A model generated the notes under the pieces. It did not search any database and was not told the DNA's origin. It saw nothing but the letters and a program-made list of their open reading frames with translations. 64,000 nt of DNA from an uncultured Methanosarcinales archaeon (GTDB lineage Archaea > Halobacteriota > Methanosarcinia > Methanosarcinales > Methanosarcinaceae), in NCBI GenBank assembly GCA_964532775.1, contig CAZHNA010000001.1, positions 585 through 64,584 on the forward strand, in the 5' to 3' direction. Positions 29,693 to 39,321 of the stretch are shown here, piece after piece. A program made the translations under genes and the position numbers. Every line of letters starts with the position of its first letter. The stretch's first letter is position 1.

Positions 29693-31462
29693 ATGCGAAT
29701 TGCAATATTAAACAGGGATAGATGTCAGCCTCGTAGATGTAGTCATGAATGTGAGAAGTATTGTCCGCGTGTAAGAACCGGCGATGAAACTATTGTTTTT
29801 GGTGACGACGGGAAACCGATCATTTCTGAAGAGATGTGCGTGGGCTGTGGTATCTGTATAAACAAGTGCCCATTTGATGCTATCATGATTATCGGATTAC
29901 CGGAAGAGCTGGATAAACCAACCCATCGTTATGGTGAAAACGGTTTTGCCCTTTATGGTCTTCCTACCCCCGAAGCAGGAAGGGTTTCGGGTATTCTCGG
30001 TCCTAACGGTATCGGAAAAAGTACTTGTGTACAGATTCTTTCAGGTAATATGATTCCCAATTTCGGGGAAGGAAATACTGATTGGGATGCAGTGTTGGAT
30101 CATTATTCCGGCACTTCAATGTATGATTATTTCAAGCAGGTGGCTGATGGTGCAGTGCGCCTTTCCCAGAAACCACAGTATGTGGATATGATTCCCAAAG
30201 CGTTTAAGGGGAAAACCAGTGACCTTCTTAATGGTGCCGATGATTCAGGCAAGCTTGATGATCTTATCGAGAGGCTTTCATTATCCCACATAATTGACCG
30301 CAAGATCGGTGATCTCAGTGGTGGTGAGTTGCAGCGTGTTGCTATTGCTGCCTGTGCCGCTAAAGATGCGGATTTCTACTTCTTTGACGAAATTAGTCCT
30401 TACCTTGATATCCACCAGAGGATCAAGGTTTCTCAGCTTATTCAGGAGATTGCACAGGAAAAAGCTGTACTCGTGGTTGAGCACGATCTTGCAATTCTTG
30501 ATATGCTCTCAGATGTCGTACATGTTGCATATGGTGTCCCGGCAGCTTATGGTGTTATGACTCATCCCAAGGGTGTGAGAATTGCTATTAATCAGTACCT
30601 TAAGGGGTATTTGGCAGAGGAAAATGTACGCATAAGAGCAGATGCAATTAAATTTGAAGTCCATCCACCAAGATCTGCAACTGACGTTGCTACTCTTTTG
30701 GAATATGATGGTTTTACCAGAAGCTATGAAGGTGGTTTCTCCATGAAAGTGGATGGAGGTGCCCTTAAGGAAGGAGAGGTTCTGGGTATCGTGGGGCCTA
30801 ACGGTATCGGTAAATCCACATTTGTGAAAGTGCTTGCAGGTGTAGAGGAGTCAGATGAGGGCGCTCTGGATTTGGATATTGAGATCTCCTACAAACCTCA
30901 ATATATACAGGCGGATCAGCAAATTCCGGTTAATTTCTTCCTGCGTAGTATTTCCAAAACATTCGATTCAAGTTATTATCAATCAGAGATTGCAGTTCCG
31001 CTACAGCTTGAGGCGTTGTACGACCGACTCTTGACCGATCTCAGTGGTGGTGAGTTGCAGAGGGTGGCTATCGCAGCGTGCCTTTCCAGAGATGCGGATA
31101 TGTATATTCTTGACGAGCCCAGTGCTCACCTTGATGTGGAGCAGCGTACAATGGCAACCAAAACCATCAAGAGGTTTGCAGAAAACAGCAAGAAGACCGC
31201 TATGGTTGTTGATCACGATATATACATGGTTGATATGTTGTGTGAGAGGCTAATTGTTTTCGAAGGTGAGCCCGCTGTTCATGGTATTTCTCATTCTCCG
31301 TTGGGTATGCAGCAAGGGATGAACAAATTCCTCGCAAACCTCGGTATCACATTCAGGAGAGATGAAGACACTCGCAGACCTCGTGTCAATAAGAAGGATT
31401 CAAACCTTGACCGCAAGCAGAAGACTCAGGGTGAATACTACTATTATAATGTTGGGGAGTAA
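29693..31462 (+). CDS. ABCE1/RLI ribosome recycling ATPase
   Basis: N-terminal Fe-S cysteines, two GPNGIGKS and two LSGGELQR motifs. Confidence 0.96.
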   Translation: MRIAILNRDRCQPRRCSHECEKYCPRVRTGDETIVFGDDGKPIISEEMCVGCGICINKCPFDAIMIIGLPEELDKPTHRYGENGFALYGLPTPEAGRVSGILGPNGIGKSTCVQILSGNMIPNFGEGNTDWDAVLDHYSGTSMYDYFKQVADGAVRLSQKPQYVDMIPKAFKGKTSDLLNGADDSGKLDDLIERLSLSHIIDRKIGDLSGGELQRVAIAACAAKDADFYFFDEISPYLDIHQRIKVSQLIQEIAQEKAVLVVEHDLAILDMLSDVVHVAYGVPAAYGVMTHPKGVRIAINQYLKGYLAEENVRIRADAIKFEVHPPRSATDVATLLEYDGFTRSYEGGFSMKVDGGALKEGEVLGIVGPNGIGKSTFVKVLAGVEESDEGALDLDIEISYKPQYIQADQQIPVNFFLRSISKTFDSSYYQSEIAVPLQLEALYDRLLTDLSGGELQRVAIAACLSRDADMYILDEPSAHLDVEQRTMATKTIKRFAENSKKTAMVVDHDIYMVDMLCERLIVFEGEPAVHGISHSPLGMQQGMNKFLANLGITFRRDEDTRRPRVNKKDSNLDRKQKTQGEYYYYNVGE

Positions 31463-31511
31463 TCCCTGACAGTTTACTACTTTTTTGTTTACCAGTTCTT
31501 TAAATATGGTT

Positions 31512-31750
31512 AAAAATAGACCGGGAAGAGTTTAGAACAGCTAGAATCATCAAGGTGGTCCTTTTAGATACATTTACCGCTAGTTCTTCTCTTCCCTTCG
31601 TTTTTCTGGTGCACTACAGGTTGGTTAGGGCGTTTTTGTTGGGGGAGTGGTACCTTCCTGTGCACCGATGCCGTTGTCCGGGTTCGAACCGGTCTTGTGA
31701 CCATCTCACAACGGTATAATAGATTTTGGAAACTCATTTACAATAGTCTT
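31512..31750 (-). ncRNA. Putative structured small RNA (three stem domains, one tRNA-like)
   Basis: GC-richer island in AT-rich intergenic DNA; stems 31523-31596, 31608-31666 and 31671-31714; upstream TATA and downstream T5 on the minus strand. Confidence 0.6.
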
Positions 31751-31773
31751 ATCGAAAACCAGTGCTTGCATAG

Positions 31774-31781
31774 TATATAAA
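31774..31781 (-). promoter_or_regulatory. TATA box for the putative ncRNA
   Basis: Minus strand reads TTTATATA, with no CDS downstream for it to serve. Confidence 0.5.
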
Positions 31782-32100
31782 AATTATTATGGCCGCACAA
31801 AAAATATTATTATGATAATAATGCCATCTTCGGCAGCAATCTCATTTAACTTTTTTTCTTATTGGGTTATTCGAAATAACGTTTTTATTTCAATTTTACA
31901 TAGAAATGGCTTCTATTAATTATGTAATTGATCTGGTTTATACTACTCAATCGAATTGTAGTTTAAATAAGCAAAGTTGAAGGAATTTAAAAATACAAAA
32001 AAGATCTGGGTTTAATATCTCGCAAAACATATTCAGTAGATCTCATGCATCCGAATTTATAGATTCAAAAACAACATAGTACTTGCCATCACGTGGGGTT

Positions 32101-32406
32101 TCAAACTCGTCTTCGGCTCATGTACCAAGTCAAAAACTCGCTGTACACAATTATTCCGGTGAGTGTGGACCATACAATAAACAGCACATGGTAATTGTTT
32201 ACAGGAACCTGTCCGTTAGCTAACAGAAAATGTTCCTGTGCGAGAAATATCTGGGTCATGTCGGGAAGGATAAGGGCTGCGAGTAGAATAGGTGATGTGA
32301 GAAGCAGCATTGCAAAGAAGGATGAAAACCTGAACATCAGGAAAAGGACTGCCGCAGAAAGGATGGTAAAAAGTACAATGGATGCAGCTAGCATAACGAT
32401 GTCCAT
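32101..32406 (-). CDS. Hypothetical membrane protein
   Basis: 101-aa hydrophobic ORF with SD GAGGGA, co-oriented with the upstream gene. Confidence 0.7.
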   Translation of the reverse strand: MDIVMLAASIVLFTILSAAVLFLMFRFSSFFAMLLLTSPILLAALILPDMTQIFLAQEHFLLANGQVPVNNYHVLFIVWSTLTGIIVYSEFLTWYMSRRRV

Positions 32407-32421
32407 TCAATCCCTCTATCT

Positions 32422-34158
32422 TTATTTTAGTGTCCGTTGGTTTATATATAGATATACGCCAAGAGGGACGATTAGTATGATTGAAAACACTGCTAAATAT
32501 GCCTTGAGCAGGAATCCCATAATTCCAAGTCTTTCCATTTGTTGAGCTTCAGGCTTGTTTTCAGTATCTTCTACAGGCACTTTTCCAGAGATGATGGATA
32601 AAGGGTTTGAAACTTCTTCTCCTTTGTCATCGATGCTCTCGTAGTTAAGCGTTGCAGCCGGAAGTTGGAAGCTATCTTCACCTGCCAGAATCATGTATTT
32701 GAGGTTCTTGGTTTGTTGTGGTTCCAGCAAACCTTCCCATGACGTTTCACCGCTTACAAATTCAATGCCTGTGGGAATTTCATCGGATATTTTTACCGTT
32801 GCTTCAGTTGTTCCTGAATTGGTAGCAGTAAGAGTTATCCGAACAATATCTCCCGCTTGTGCATATTCAATATTCGCTGATTTGGAAATTGCAAGTTTTG
32901 TGCCCTCAACAACAACATTTTCCGGCGTCTCTGAAATCACTTCATAACTACTTTCCTGATCTCCAAATTCGGCTGTAGCAGGAGGGAGCGTATGATTTCC
33001 AGGCTCTGTGGCAGCAATTGTGTATTCAACTTTTTGCGATGAGCCTGCAGGAATAATAAGATCCCATTCAGGCGAATCTTGATCAATCAGAAGGAAAGAA
33101 CTAGGAATCTCATCTTTTACGTGTACAGAAGTTTTAGATGAAGCATAGTTACTTACAGTCAGGAGAATTGGCAAAGTAGAATCTTCGGTATTGTTTAGTG
33201 ACAAGTTTGTTCCAGGATGTTCTTTTTCGATGGTAATGAAGGGTTTTACATTTGTTGTCAGGGTTCTTTCCGTCATTAGTTCATTGCCGAGGTAATCAAA
33301 ACCCGCAACGTTAAGGTTGATATTCATTTCTTTTTCTAAAGGAGTAATTTCTGGGCTGACATTCAGTGCAATTTTCTTAGACTTGCCGGGTTCAATAATA
33401 CTTGTGTGGAAAATCTCAGGTAGCAGAGTTCCAAAATCGACTGAACCTTTCAGGCTAACTGCTCGAAGGGGTATTTCACCTGTGTTTTTCACAAAAATCT
33501 CAATAGGTATTGTTTCGTTACAAGGATAACTTTCACTCAAATTTGTTTCAATAATTTCAATTCCGGGCTCTCCGGGTGTATATAGCTCAATTACTGCCGA
33601 ATTTGTGTCGATAAACGTGAGCCTGACTTGTGTGACATCATATTTTTTCACATCCCTAATTGCAAAACGATCCTCTGCTGCTTCGTTTCCATACGTAGTT
33701 TTCAGCACTGCTTGTGTATCGTTTAACTCCAACAGTTCAACGGAAACACCATTATATTCAACAATTTCTTCGATCTCAATTTGTTGCCGCTCTCTGAATA
33801 TCCATACCTTCTCAAATTCATGCTGGAAAGCATTGATCGTAATTGTTCCGTCAGATATGCTTTCTCCATGGATTTTCAAGAAACTGTCATAAATATACTC
33901 ATTGCTGATTAGTTCATCAAGATAAAAGTCATCAGTATAGTCCCCGTTATGATAAAGGAGCAGTCGGAAACCATCTCCATCCGCAGCATAGTTGCGAATT
34001 GTGAATGATCCTATCTCTGCTCGATCCCCATTGCCAATTGTAAAAGTTCCCTGATGAATCCAGATTTCTTCATGCTGGTAGTCATATCCAAGTGCAGGAA
34101 TGCAGAAAATGAGGGTTGTGAGGACAATAACAACTGTTGACCGGAGATACATCTTCAT
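32422..34158 (-). CDS. Exported, membrane-anchored Ig-like repeat protein (DUF11/BatD-like)
   Basis: Signal peptide, repeated VKDEIP/ISDEIP...LPPATA/LPAATL modules, C-terminal transmembrane helix. Confidence 0.75.
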   Translation of the reverse strand: MKMYLRSTVVIVLTTLIFCIPALGYDYQHEEIWIHQGTFTIGNGDRAEIGSFTIRNYAADGDGFRLLLYHNGDYTDDFYLDELISNEYIYDSFLKIHGESISDGTITINAFQHEFEKVWIFRERQQIEIEEIVEYNGVSVELLELNDTQAVLKTTYGNEAAEDRFAIRDVKKYDVTQVRLTFIDTNSAVIELYTPGEPGIEIIETNLSESYPCNETIPIEIFVKNTGEIPLRAVSLKGSVDFGTLLPEIFHTSIIEPGKSKKIALNVSPEITPLEKEMNINLNVAGFDYLGNELMTERTLTTNVKPFITIEKEHPGTNLSLNNTEDSTLPILLTVSNYASSKTSVHVKDEIPSSFLLIDQDSPEWDLIIPAGSSQKVEYTIAATEPGNHTLPPATAEFGDQESSYEVISETPENVVVEGTKLAISKSANIEYAQAGDIVRITLTATNSGTTEATVKISDEIPTGIEFVSGETSWEGLLEPQQTKNLKYMILAGEDSFQLPAATLNYESIDDKGEEVSNPLSIISGKVPVEDTENKPEAQQMERLGIMGFLLKAYLAVFSIILIVPLGVYLYINQRTLK

Positions 34159-34206
34159 AATCTTATGTCATACAGCCTTTAAAGTTTATTGTAATTTTGC
34201 TGGCAT

Positions 34207-35139
34207 TCATTCCTGATCTCCATCACCTGTTTGGTGATGGTTGTAATTGTGCATGTATTTTTGAACCTGGCTATGTGTGTGATCATGAATATGAAGATGC
34301 ACATGACCTTCCGAATTTCCAATGGTTTTTGTCAACTCGGTGACAGCTTCATTAAGACTAAGAGGCAGCTCCTCACAGTCATATCCGAAACATGTAAGCA
34401 CCTTGAACATTTTGAAAACATCAGGTGCCTCAAGGTCATTTCTTTTCAGCAGCTCCCAGTCTGAAAAAATCTCACGTGGCGTCCCTTCAGCTACGATTTC
34501 CTGATTGATTATGTAAATGCGATCTGCGAGTTCCGGCAGGCTGTTTACATCATGGGTGGCAATTATTGTTGTTATTCCTTCCCCGTTAAGCCTGTTCAGG
34601 AGTTTTATGAGTTCAGCCCGGCTTTTCGGGTCAAGGTTTGCAGTTGGTTCGTCAAGGATGATGATTTTCGGTTCCATGGAAAGAACTGCTGCAATTGCAG
34701 CTCGTTTTTTCTGACCGTAGCTCAAATTATGCGGGACCCTGTCCTCAAACCCCTCAAGGCCCACACGGGCGAGTGCAGTCTTTACTCTCAGCCGTACTTC
34801 ATCTTCGGGTAATCCCATGTTGATGGGCCCGAACGCAATATCATCGAAGATTGTGGGCATGAATAACTGGTCATCAGGATCCTGAAATACTACGCCCACA
34901 TTGTGTATTCTCTCACCTGCTTGCAAGGAACCGATTTCCTTCCCGAAAATAAGTATATTGTCCTCGGGATTTTTGATTGTGCCGTTGAGGTGCAAAAATA
35001 GGGTTGTTTTCCCGGCCCCGTTTGGCCCGACTACCCCTACCTTTTCACCGGGAAAGATTTCCATATTGACGTTTTTCAGGGCCCGTGTTCCGTCAGGATA
35101 TGAATAATTGAGTCCCTGTACCTTAATTGCTTCTTTCAT
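34207..35139 (-). CDS. cbiO: ECF transporter ATPase (CbiO/NikO) with His-rich tail
   Basis: GPNGAGKT, FQDPDDQLF, LSYGQKKR, LDEPT. Confidence 0.9.
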   Translation of the reverse strand: MKEAIKVQGLNYSYPDGTRALKNVNMEIFPGEKVGVVGPNGAGKTTLFLHLNGTIKNPEDNILIFGKEIGSLQAGERIHNVGVVFQDPDDQLFMPTIFDDIAFGPINMGLPEDEVRLRVKTALARVGLEGFEDRVPHNLSYGQKKRAAIAAVLSMEPKIIILDEPTANLDPKSRAELIKLLNRLNGEGITTIIATHDVNSLPELADRIYIINQEIVAEGTPREIFSDWELLKRNDLEAPDVFKMFKVLTCFGYDCEELPLSLNEAVTELTKTIGNSEGHVHLHIHDHTHSQVQKYMHNYNHHQTGDGDQE

Positions 35140-35900
35140 ATTTGCACCAGATAATAAGTATGTAAGAGGATAGCAAATCCTATCAAAAAGGCGCTTATTA
35201 TGTAATCTTTTGCCTTCATATCAAAGGTTGCAAGGGTGGCCGGATTACCTGTGTATCCCTTTGCAACCATTGATTGGTAAACGCGTTCCGCCCGGTCATA
35301 ACTTTTGAGAATAAGCATCCCAATGAGATTTCCCAGGATCGAAAGTCCGTATTTGCTTGTTTTGAGCCTGAAACCCTTGGCAGCAACTGCCTTCCACATC
35401 ATCTGGAACTCGTCGATTATGACAAAGATGTAGCGGTATGTGAACATCAACATCTGGACAAGGGTACTTGGTACCTTCAGCATGTATAGGGCTTTTATTG
35501 TGGTGTCAAATCTCATGCTGCCAAGCATCACAGCTGCAAGTATTATGGCAGCAGTTCCCCTTGTAAGGATGAGGGATGCATATTCCAGTCCCTCGTAAGT
35601 AAAAGAAAATCCTGCTATGCTGAACATTGCTGTCCCCTCAGTAGTCAGGGGGAGGATAAACAGCAGGGGGAACAGGAACAGTAAAACCCATTTAATCCTG
35701 TGGGCTATAAATTTGGCCGGTAGTTTTGATGCAAGCATTATCAGTACAGATATGCCTAATCCAACCAGAGCAAGCTGGATCTCTTCAAGAAAAACAAAAG
35801 AAAAGATAAGAGCTAAAAATGCGATTATTTTTGCACGCGGATCAAGGCGGTGTATGGGAGATTCAAGAGATGCATGCTGGTCAATATGTGGGTATATCAT
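35136..35900 (-). CDS. cbiQ: ECF transporter T component (CbiQ/NikQ)
   Basis: HRLDPRAK, YRYIFV, RAERVYQSM..GY. Confidence 0.9.
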   Translation of the reverse strand: MIYPHIDQHASLESPIHRLDPRAKIIAFLALIFSFVFLEEIQLALVGLGISVLIMLASKLPAKFIAHRIKWVLLFLFPLLFILPLTTEGTAMFSIAGFSFTYEGLEYASLILTRGTAAIILAAVMLGSMRFDTTIKALYMLKVPSTLVQMLMFTYRYIFVIIDEFQMMWKAVAAKGFRLKTSKYGLSILGNLIGMLILKSYDRAERVYQSMVAKGYTGNPATLATFDMKAKDYIISAFLIGFAILLHTYYLVQI

Positions 35901-35920
35901 CTTCCCTGCACCCTTTTGAC

Positions 35921-36391
35921 TTATTTTTCCTGCATTTTTCGGGCTTTCAAGATCATCGCAAATCCGGTTATTCCTGCAATATAACCGAATCCCGCAACAA
36001 TATTGGCAGCCAGTGGCAGTTCAGTTGCTTCGGGAGAACTTTCCGATTGGTCATCACCCGTTTTTCCTTTAAGGTTAAAGGTGAGTTCATCCTGATGCCC
36101 CATTTGCGATACAATGACTTTATATTCGGAAACGCCCAGTTTCGGGGAGAATAAGTAATATCCCTCTTCATCAGTAGTCCCTTCAAGGTACAATTCCTCT
36201 TGTCCGTTTTTGATGGTATAAACCGTAATTTCACCATTTGCGATTGGATCGCCACCGCCATACCAGGCTCTCATCTCTATCTCAGTTACCTGTTCCTGAA
36301 GATAAACCCTGTGTGCGGAAACAGGTGACACTGCAGTCGAAAACATGATAAGAGCAAAAAGTGCTAAATATAACATTCTGTTGTGTTTCAT
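35921..36391 (-). CDS. Ni/Co ECF accessory membrane protein (NikL-like)
   Basis: Signal peptide ending SAH, GTTDEEG, MGH, C-terminal transmembrane helix; inside the cbiM-cbiQ operon. Confidence 0.7.
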   Translation of the reverse strand: MKHNRMLYLALFALIMFSTAVSPVSAHRVYLQEQVTEIEMRAWYGGGDPIANGEITVYTIKNGQEELYLEGTTDEEGYYLFSPKLGVSEYKVIVSQMGHQDELTFNLKGKTGDDQSESSPEATELPLAANIVAGFGYIAGITGFAMILKARKMQEK

Positions 36392-37014
36392 TTCTTCACC
36401 CTTTTTTCTATTGGCAAAAGTTCAGGTCTTACTTTGAGTATAAACGCAACAACTGCGCCGGTAACAATTCCTTCGACAATTATAATGGGAACATGAGCAG
36501 CCATGGCAAGATACGCCACTTCGACAAATTCGTCTCCAGTGGTTACAAGAACAGTTCCCAATAAAAGGGCAGTAATTACCACGGCAAGCCCGCCACAAAC
36601 TGCTCCGAGTGCAGGGGGATTAATTCCCAATGAGCACCCTTTCCGGAAAATAAAATGTACGATCAATGCCGGGATTCCCACGTTCATAGTGTTGACACCG
36701 AGAACGGTAATTCCGCCATGCTGGAAAAGCAATGACTGCAATACCAATCCGATAAACATTGCCGGATAAGCCATAAGCCCGAGGACAACCCCCAGAAGAC
36801 CGTTTAGTATAAGATGGACACTTGTAGGTCCGAGGGACACATGAATCAGGGAGGCGACGAAAAAAGCTGCCGTAAGAATGGATATTTTTGGAATTTCATC
36901 CAGCGTGTCGTTTTTCCTGCTGTTCATCCAGAGGGTTGCCGCAAGTAAAATAGCGGTTACTGCCCATCCTGCACCGATTACCATTGGGGATAGGACACCG
37001 TCACTAATATGCAT
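36388..37014 (-). CDS. cbiM: ECF S component CbiM/NikM
   Basis: Metal-binding N-terminus MHISDGVL, SVHL, FQHGG. Confidence 0.92.
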   Translation of the reverse strand: MHISDGVLSPMVIGAGWAVTAILLAATLWMNSRKNDTLDEIPKISILTAAFFVASLIHVSLGPTSVHLILNGLLGVVLGLMAYPAMFIGLVLQSLLFQHGGITVLGVNTMNVGIPALIVHFIFRKGCSLGINPPALGAVCGGLAVVITALLLGTVLVTTGDEFVEVAYLAMAAHVPIIIVEGIVTGAVVAFILKVRPELLPIEKRVKK

Positions 37015-37125
37015 CTTTAATCTCCATTTATGAAAACCCAATCCGTTGGTTATAATAAGTGTTATGAATCGGTAATTAGTTATTAACTAATATAAAAAAA
37101 GATTGGAGGGGGAAAAATTCCCCGC

Positions 37126-38118
37126 TCATTTCCTTCTGGATATTATCAGAATTGCTGCAAGCATCCCGATTGCTGCAAAAGCTGCTTCAAATCCTGGTGC
37201 ACTGGCACTTCCGCTATTTGCGGCATCTTTTGCCTCATCAGCGCTTTGCTGTGCTTCTTCAACAGCTTCCTGTAACTCTGCAAGATCGAGTTCTTCTGAC
37301 GCTGGGAATTCCTCGAGAATTGGCACAATGAAAACACCCCTCACAGGCTGTCCGTTTTCCGGTTCCATTGTTGCGCCCACAAACCAGATTCCAGGTTCAT
37401 CAAGTGTGTATACGAAATCACCATCATCGTTGGACCGTGTGAGTCTTGTGAAGACCATAGGTGCATCATAGGGGAACATTTCCTCTGCTGCTTCCACTAT
37501 TTCAATGCCGGCTTCTAGTTCGTGGTATACTTCAACTTCCACATCTGCGCCTGCAAGTGGTTCTCCGTCGTAGAGCGCTTTTCCTGCAAATACAAACCCT
37601 TCTTCCATTCCGTAGGGTCTCATGTAAGGGATAATCTCGGTTTCCTGCCCGACTTCTGCATCCCAGCCTGTCCACATTTCTTCACCGCAGTGGATTACAG
37701 CTTTGGTATAGTCAATCATGCCCTCTTCTTCATCTTCATATTTCACGGAAATGACTGTGTCTCCAAGCTGGTCTACATCAAAGGAAGCTTTGTAGGCTAC
37801 AAAAGTTCCCATGTTTCCGTCTTCATCCATGCCATCGACAATGACTTCTTCGAGTTCCAGTTGTTCAACGGTTTCATTGGGTTTGGTTATTGAAACTTCA
37901 ACCTCTGGGTCCATGTCAAAGGAAATATGCTCGTATGGGTGTCCCCATGCAAGATAGATTGTCTTGGTATCACCAAGTTCCGCAATATAGTCTTCCGGTG
38001 TTACGTTCCACATATTCTCATCATCTGACGGGAATATCATGGTAAAGTGGGCACTTGCTATTCCTGCCGTGGCCAATACCATAAGCACAATCGCGATTAT
38101 TAACATATTTTTTTTCAT
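37126..38118 (-). CDS. DUF4198-like metal-binding surface protein with PGF-CTERM anchor
   Basis: Signal peptide ending ASAHF, WGHPYE, C-terminal APGF + transmembrane helix + RRK. Confidence 0.8.
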   Translation of the reverse strand: MKKNMLIIAIVLMVLATAGIASAHFTMIFPSDDENMWNVTPEDYIAELGDTKTIYLAWGHPYEHISFDMDPEVEVSITKPNETVEQLELEEVIVDGMDEDGNMGTFVAYKASFDVDQLGDTVISVKYEDEEEGMIDYTKAVIHCGEEMWTGWDAEVGQETEIIPYMRPYGMEEGFVFAGKALYDGEPLAGADVEVEVYHELEAGIEIVEAAEEMFPYDAPMVFTRLTRSNDDGDFVYTLDEPGIWFVGATMEPENGQPVRGVFIVPILEEFPASEELDLAELQEAVEEAQQSADEAKDAANSGSASAPGFEAAFAAIGMLAAILIISRRK

Positions 38119-38488
38119 TATTCGCTCACCTTGTTACTATAATTAATTAAGTATCGCGTAAGTGTTACTATTATATATTATTTTGCTACTCAGAAACGGT
38201 CCCCAAATGCCTTTGACTTTACATCAAAATGTATTCAAAAAAGTCATGCACATGCTTTACAATCATTTGAGGGATGTTTATAAAACACATCAAATCTGGT
38301 GACGTTCTTTTTTTGAGGAAAGTTGTAATGTGGCTGTTATCTTCGTCTTTTGCAAATACAATCCGCTTGCCATCTAAAGTTTTCTGACTTTGTAATTTGA
38401 AAACAAAAGTCGGTGAAAATAAGTTTTGCTACACATCATTTGCTTTTCCAGCAATATTTAATATATGGATAATTCATTATCCATTATC

Positions 38489-39310
38489 ATGCTCACAAAA
38501 AGAATTATTCCGTGTCTTGATGTCACCCTTGATGAGGAAGGCGGAACAGTGGTCAAAGGCGTGGAGTTTGTTGACCTGAGGAAAGCCGGCGATCCTGTGG
38601 AACTTGCAAAACAGTACAATGATCAGGGTGCGGATGAACTTGTTTTCCTTGATATCACCGCATCCCACGAAGGCAGGGATACCATGATCGATGTCATTGA
38701 ACGTACTGCCAACGAAGTTTTTATTCCATTGACCGTCGGTGGCGGGATTAGTTCTGTTGAGCGGATTCGTGAGATTTTAAGGGCTGGTGCGGATAAGGTT
38801 TCAATAAACACTGCTGCAATCAAAAACCCGGAACTCATAAGTGAATCTTCTGCTATTTTTGGCTCCCAATGTATTGTTGTTGCCATTGATTGTAAGAGAA
38901 ATTTCGATTTAGATAATAATCTGGATAAAACGATTCTTACTCTCGAAGATGGCACAAAAGTCTGGTATGAAGTTGTAATCTACGGAGGTCGCAAACGTAC
39001 AGGCATTGATGCAGTCCAATGGGCGAAAAAGGTTGAAGAATTGGGTGCAGGTGAAATTTTGCTTACCAGTATGGATCGGGATGGGACTTATGATGGATTT
39101 GATGTTCCGATTACCAGCAAGCTTTCAGAAGAACTTGAAATTCCGATAATTGCATCAGGTGGCGTTGGCAATCCTGAACATATGTACAATGGCTTTGTAG
39201 ATGCAAAAGCAGATGCCGGGCTTGCTGCAAGTATTTTCCACTTCGGAGAATACACTGTAGATGATGTAAAAGAATACCTTCGTAGCCGGGATATACCCGT
39301 ACGTAACTAA
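38489..39310 (+). CDS. hisF: Imidazole glycerol phosphate synthase cyclase subunit
   Basis: [34 protein letters not shown]. Confidence 0.97.
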   Translation: MLTKRIIPCLDVTLDEEGGTVVKGVEFVDLRKAGDPVELAKQYNDQGADELVFLDITASHEGRDTMIDVIERTANEVFIPLTVGGGISSVERIREILRAGADKVSINTAAIKNPELISESSAIFGSQCIVVAIDCKRNFDLDNNLDKTILTLEDGTKVWYEVVIYGGRKRTGIDAVQWAKKVEELGAGEILLTSMDRDGTYDGFDVPITSKLSEELEIPIIASGGVGNPEHMYNGFVDAKADAGLAASIFHFGEYTVDDVKEYLRSRDIPVRN

Positions 39311-39321
39311 AAGGTGAGAAT

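Noticed and set aside
31669-31715. Bona fide tRNA gene
   Set aside because: Only 47 nt, no anticodon arm, with mismatches at the 1-72 and 49-65 equivalents.
31790-32100. AT-rich intergenic tract as a replication origin or CRISPR leader
   Set aside because: No ORB-like repeats, cdc6 gene, repeat-spacer array or cas genes nearby.
38900-38965. Insertion in HisF ([20 protein letters not shown]) as an intein or mobile insert
   Set aside because: Too short, no splice motifs; consistent with a lineage-specific loop.
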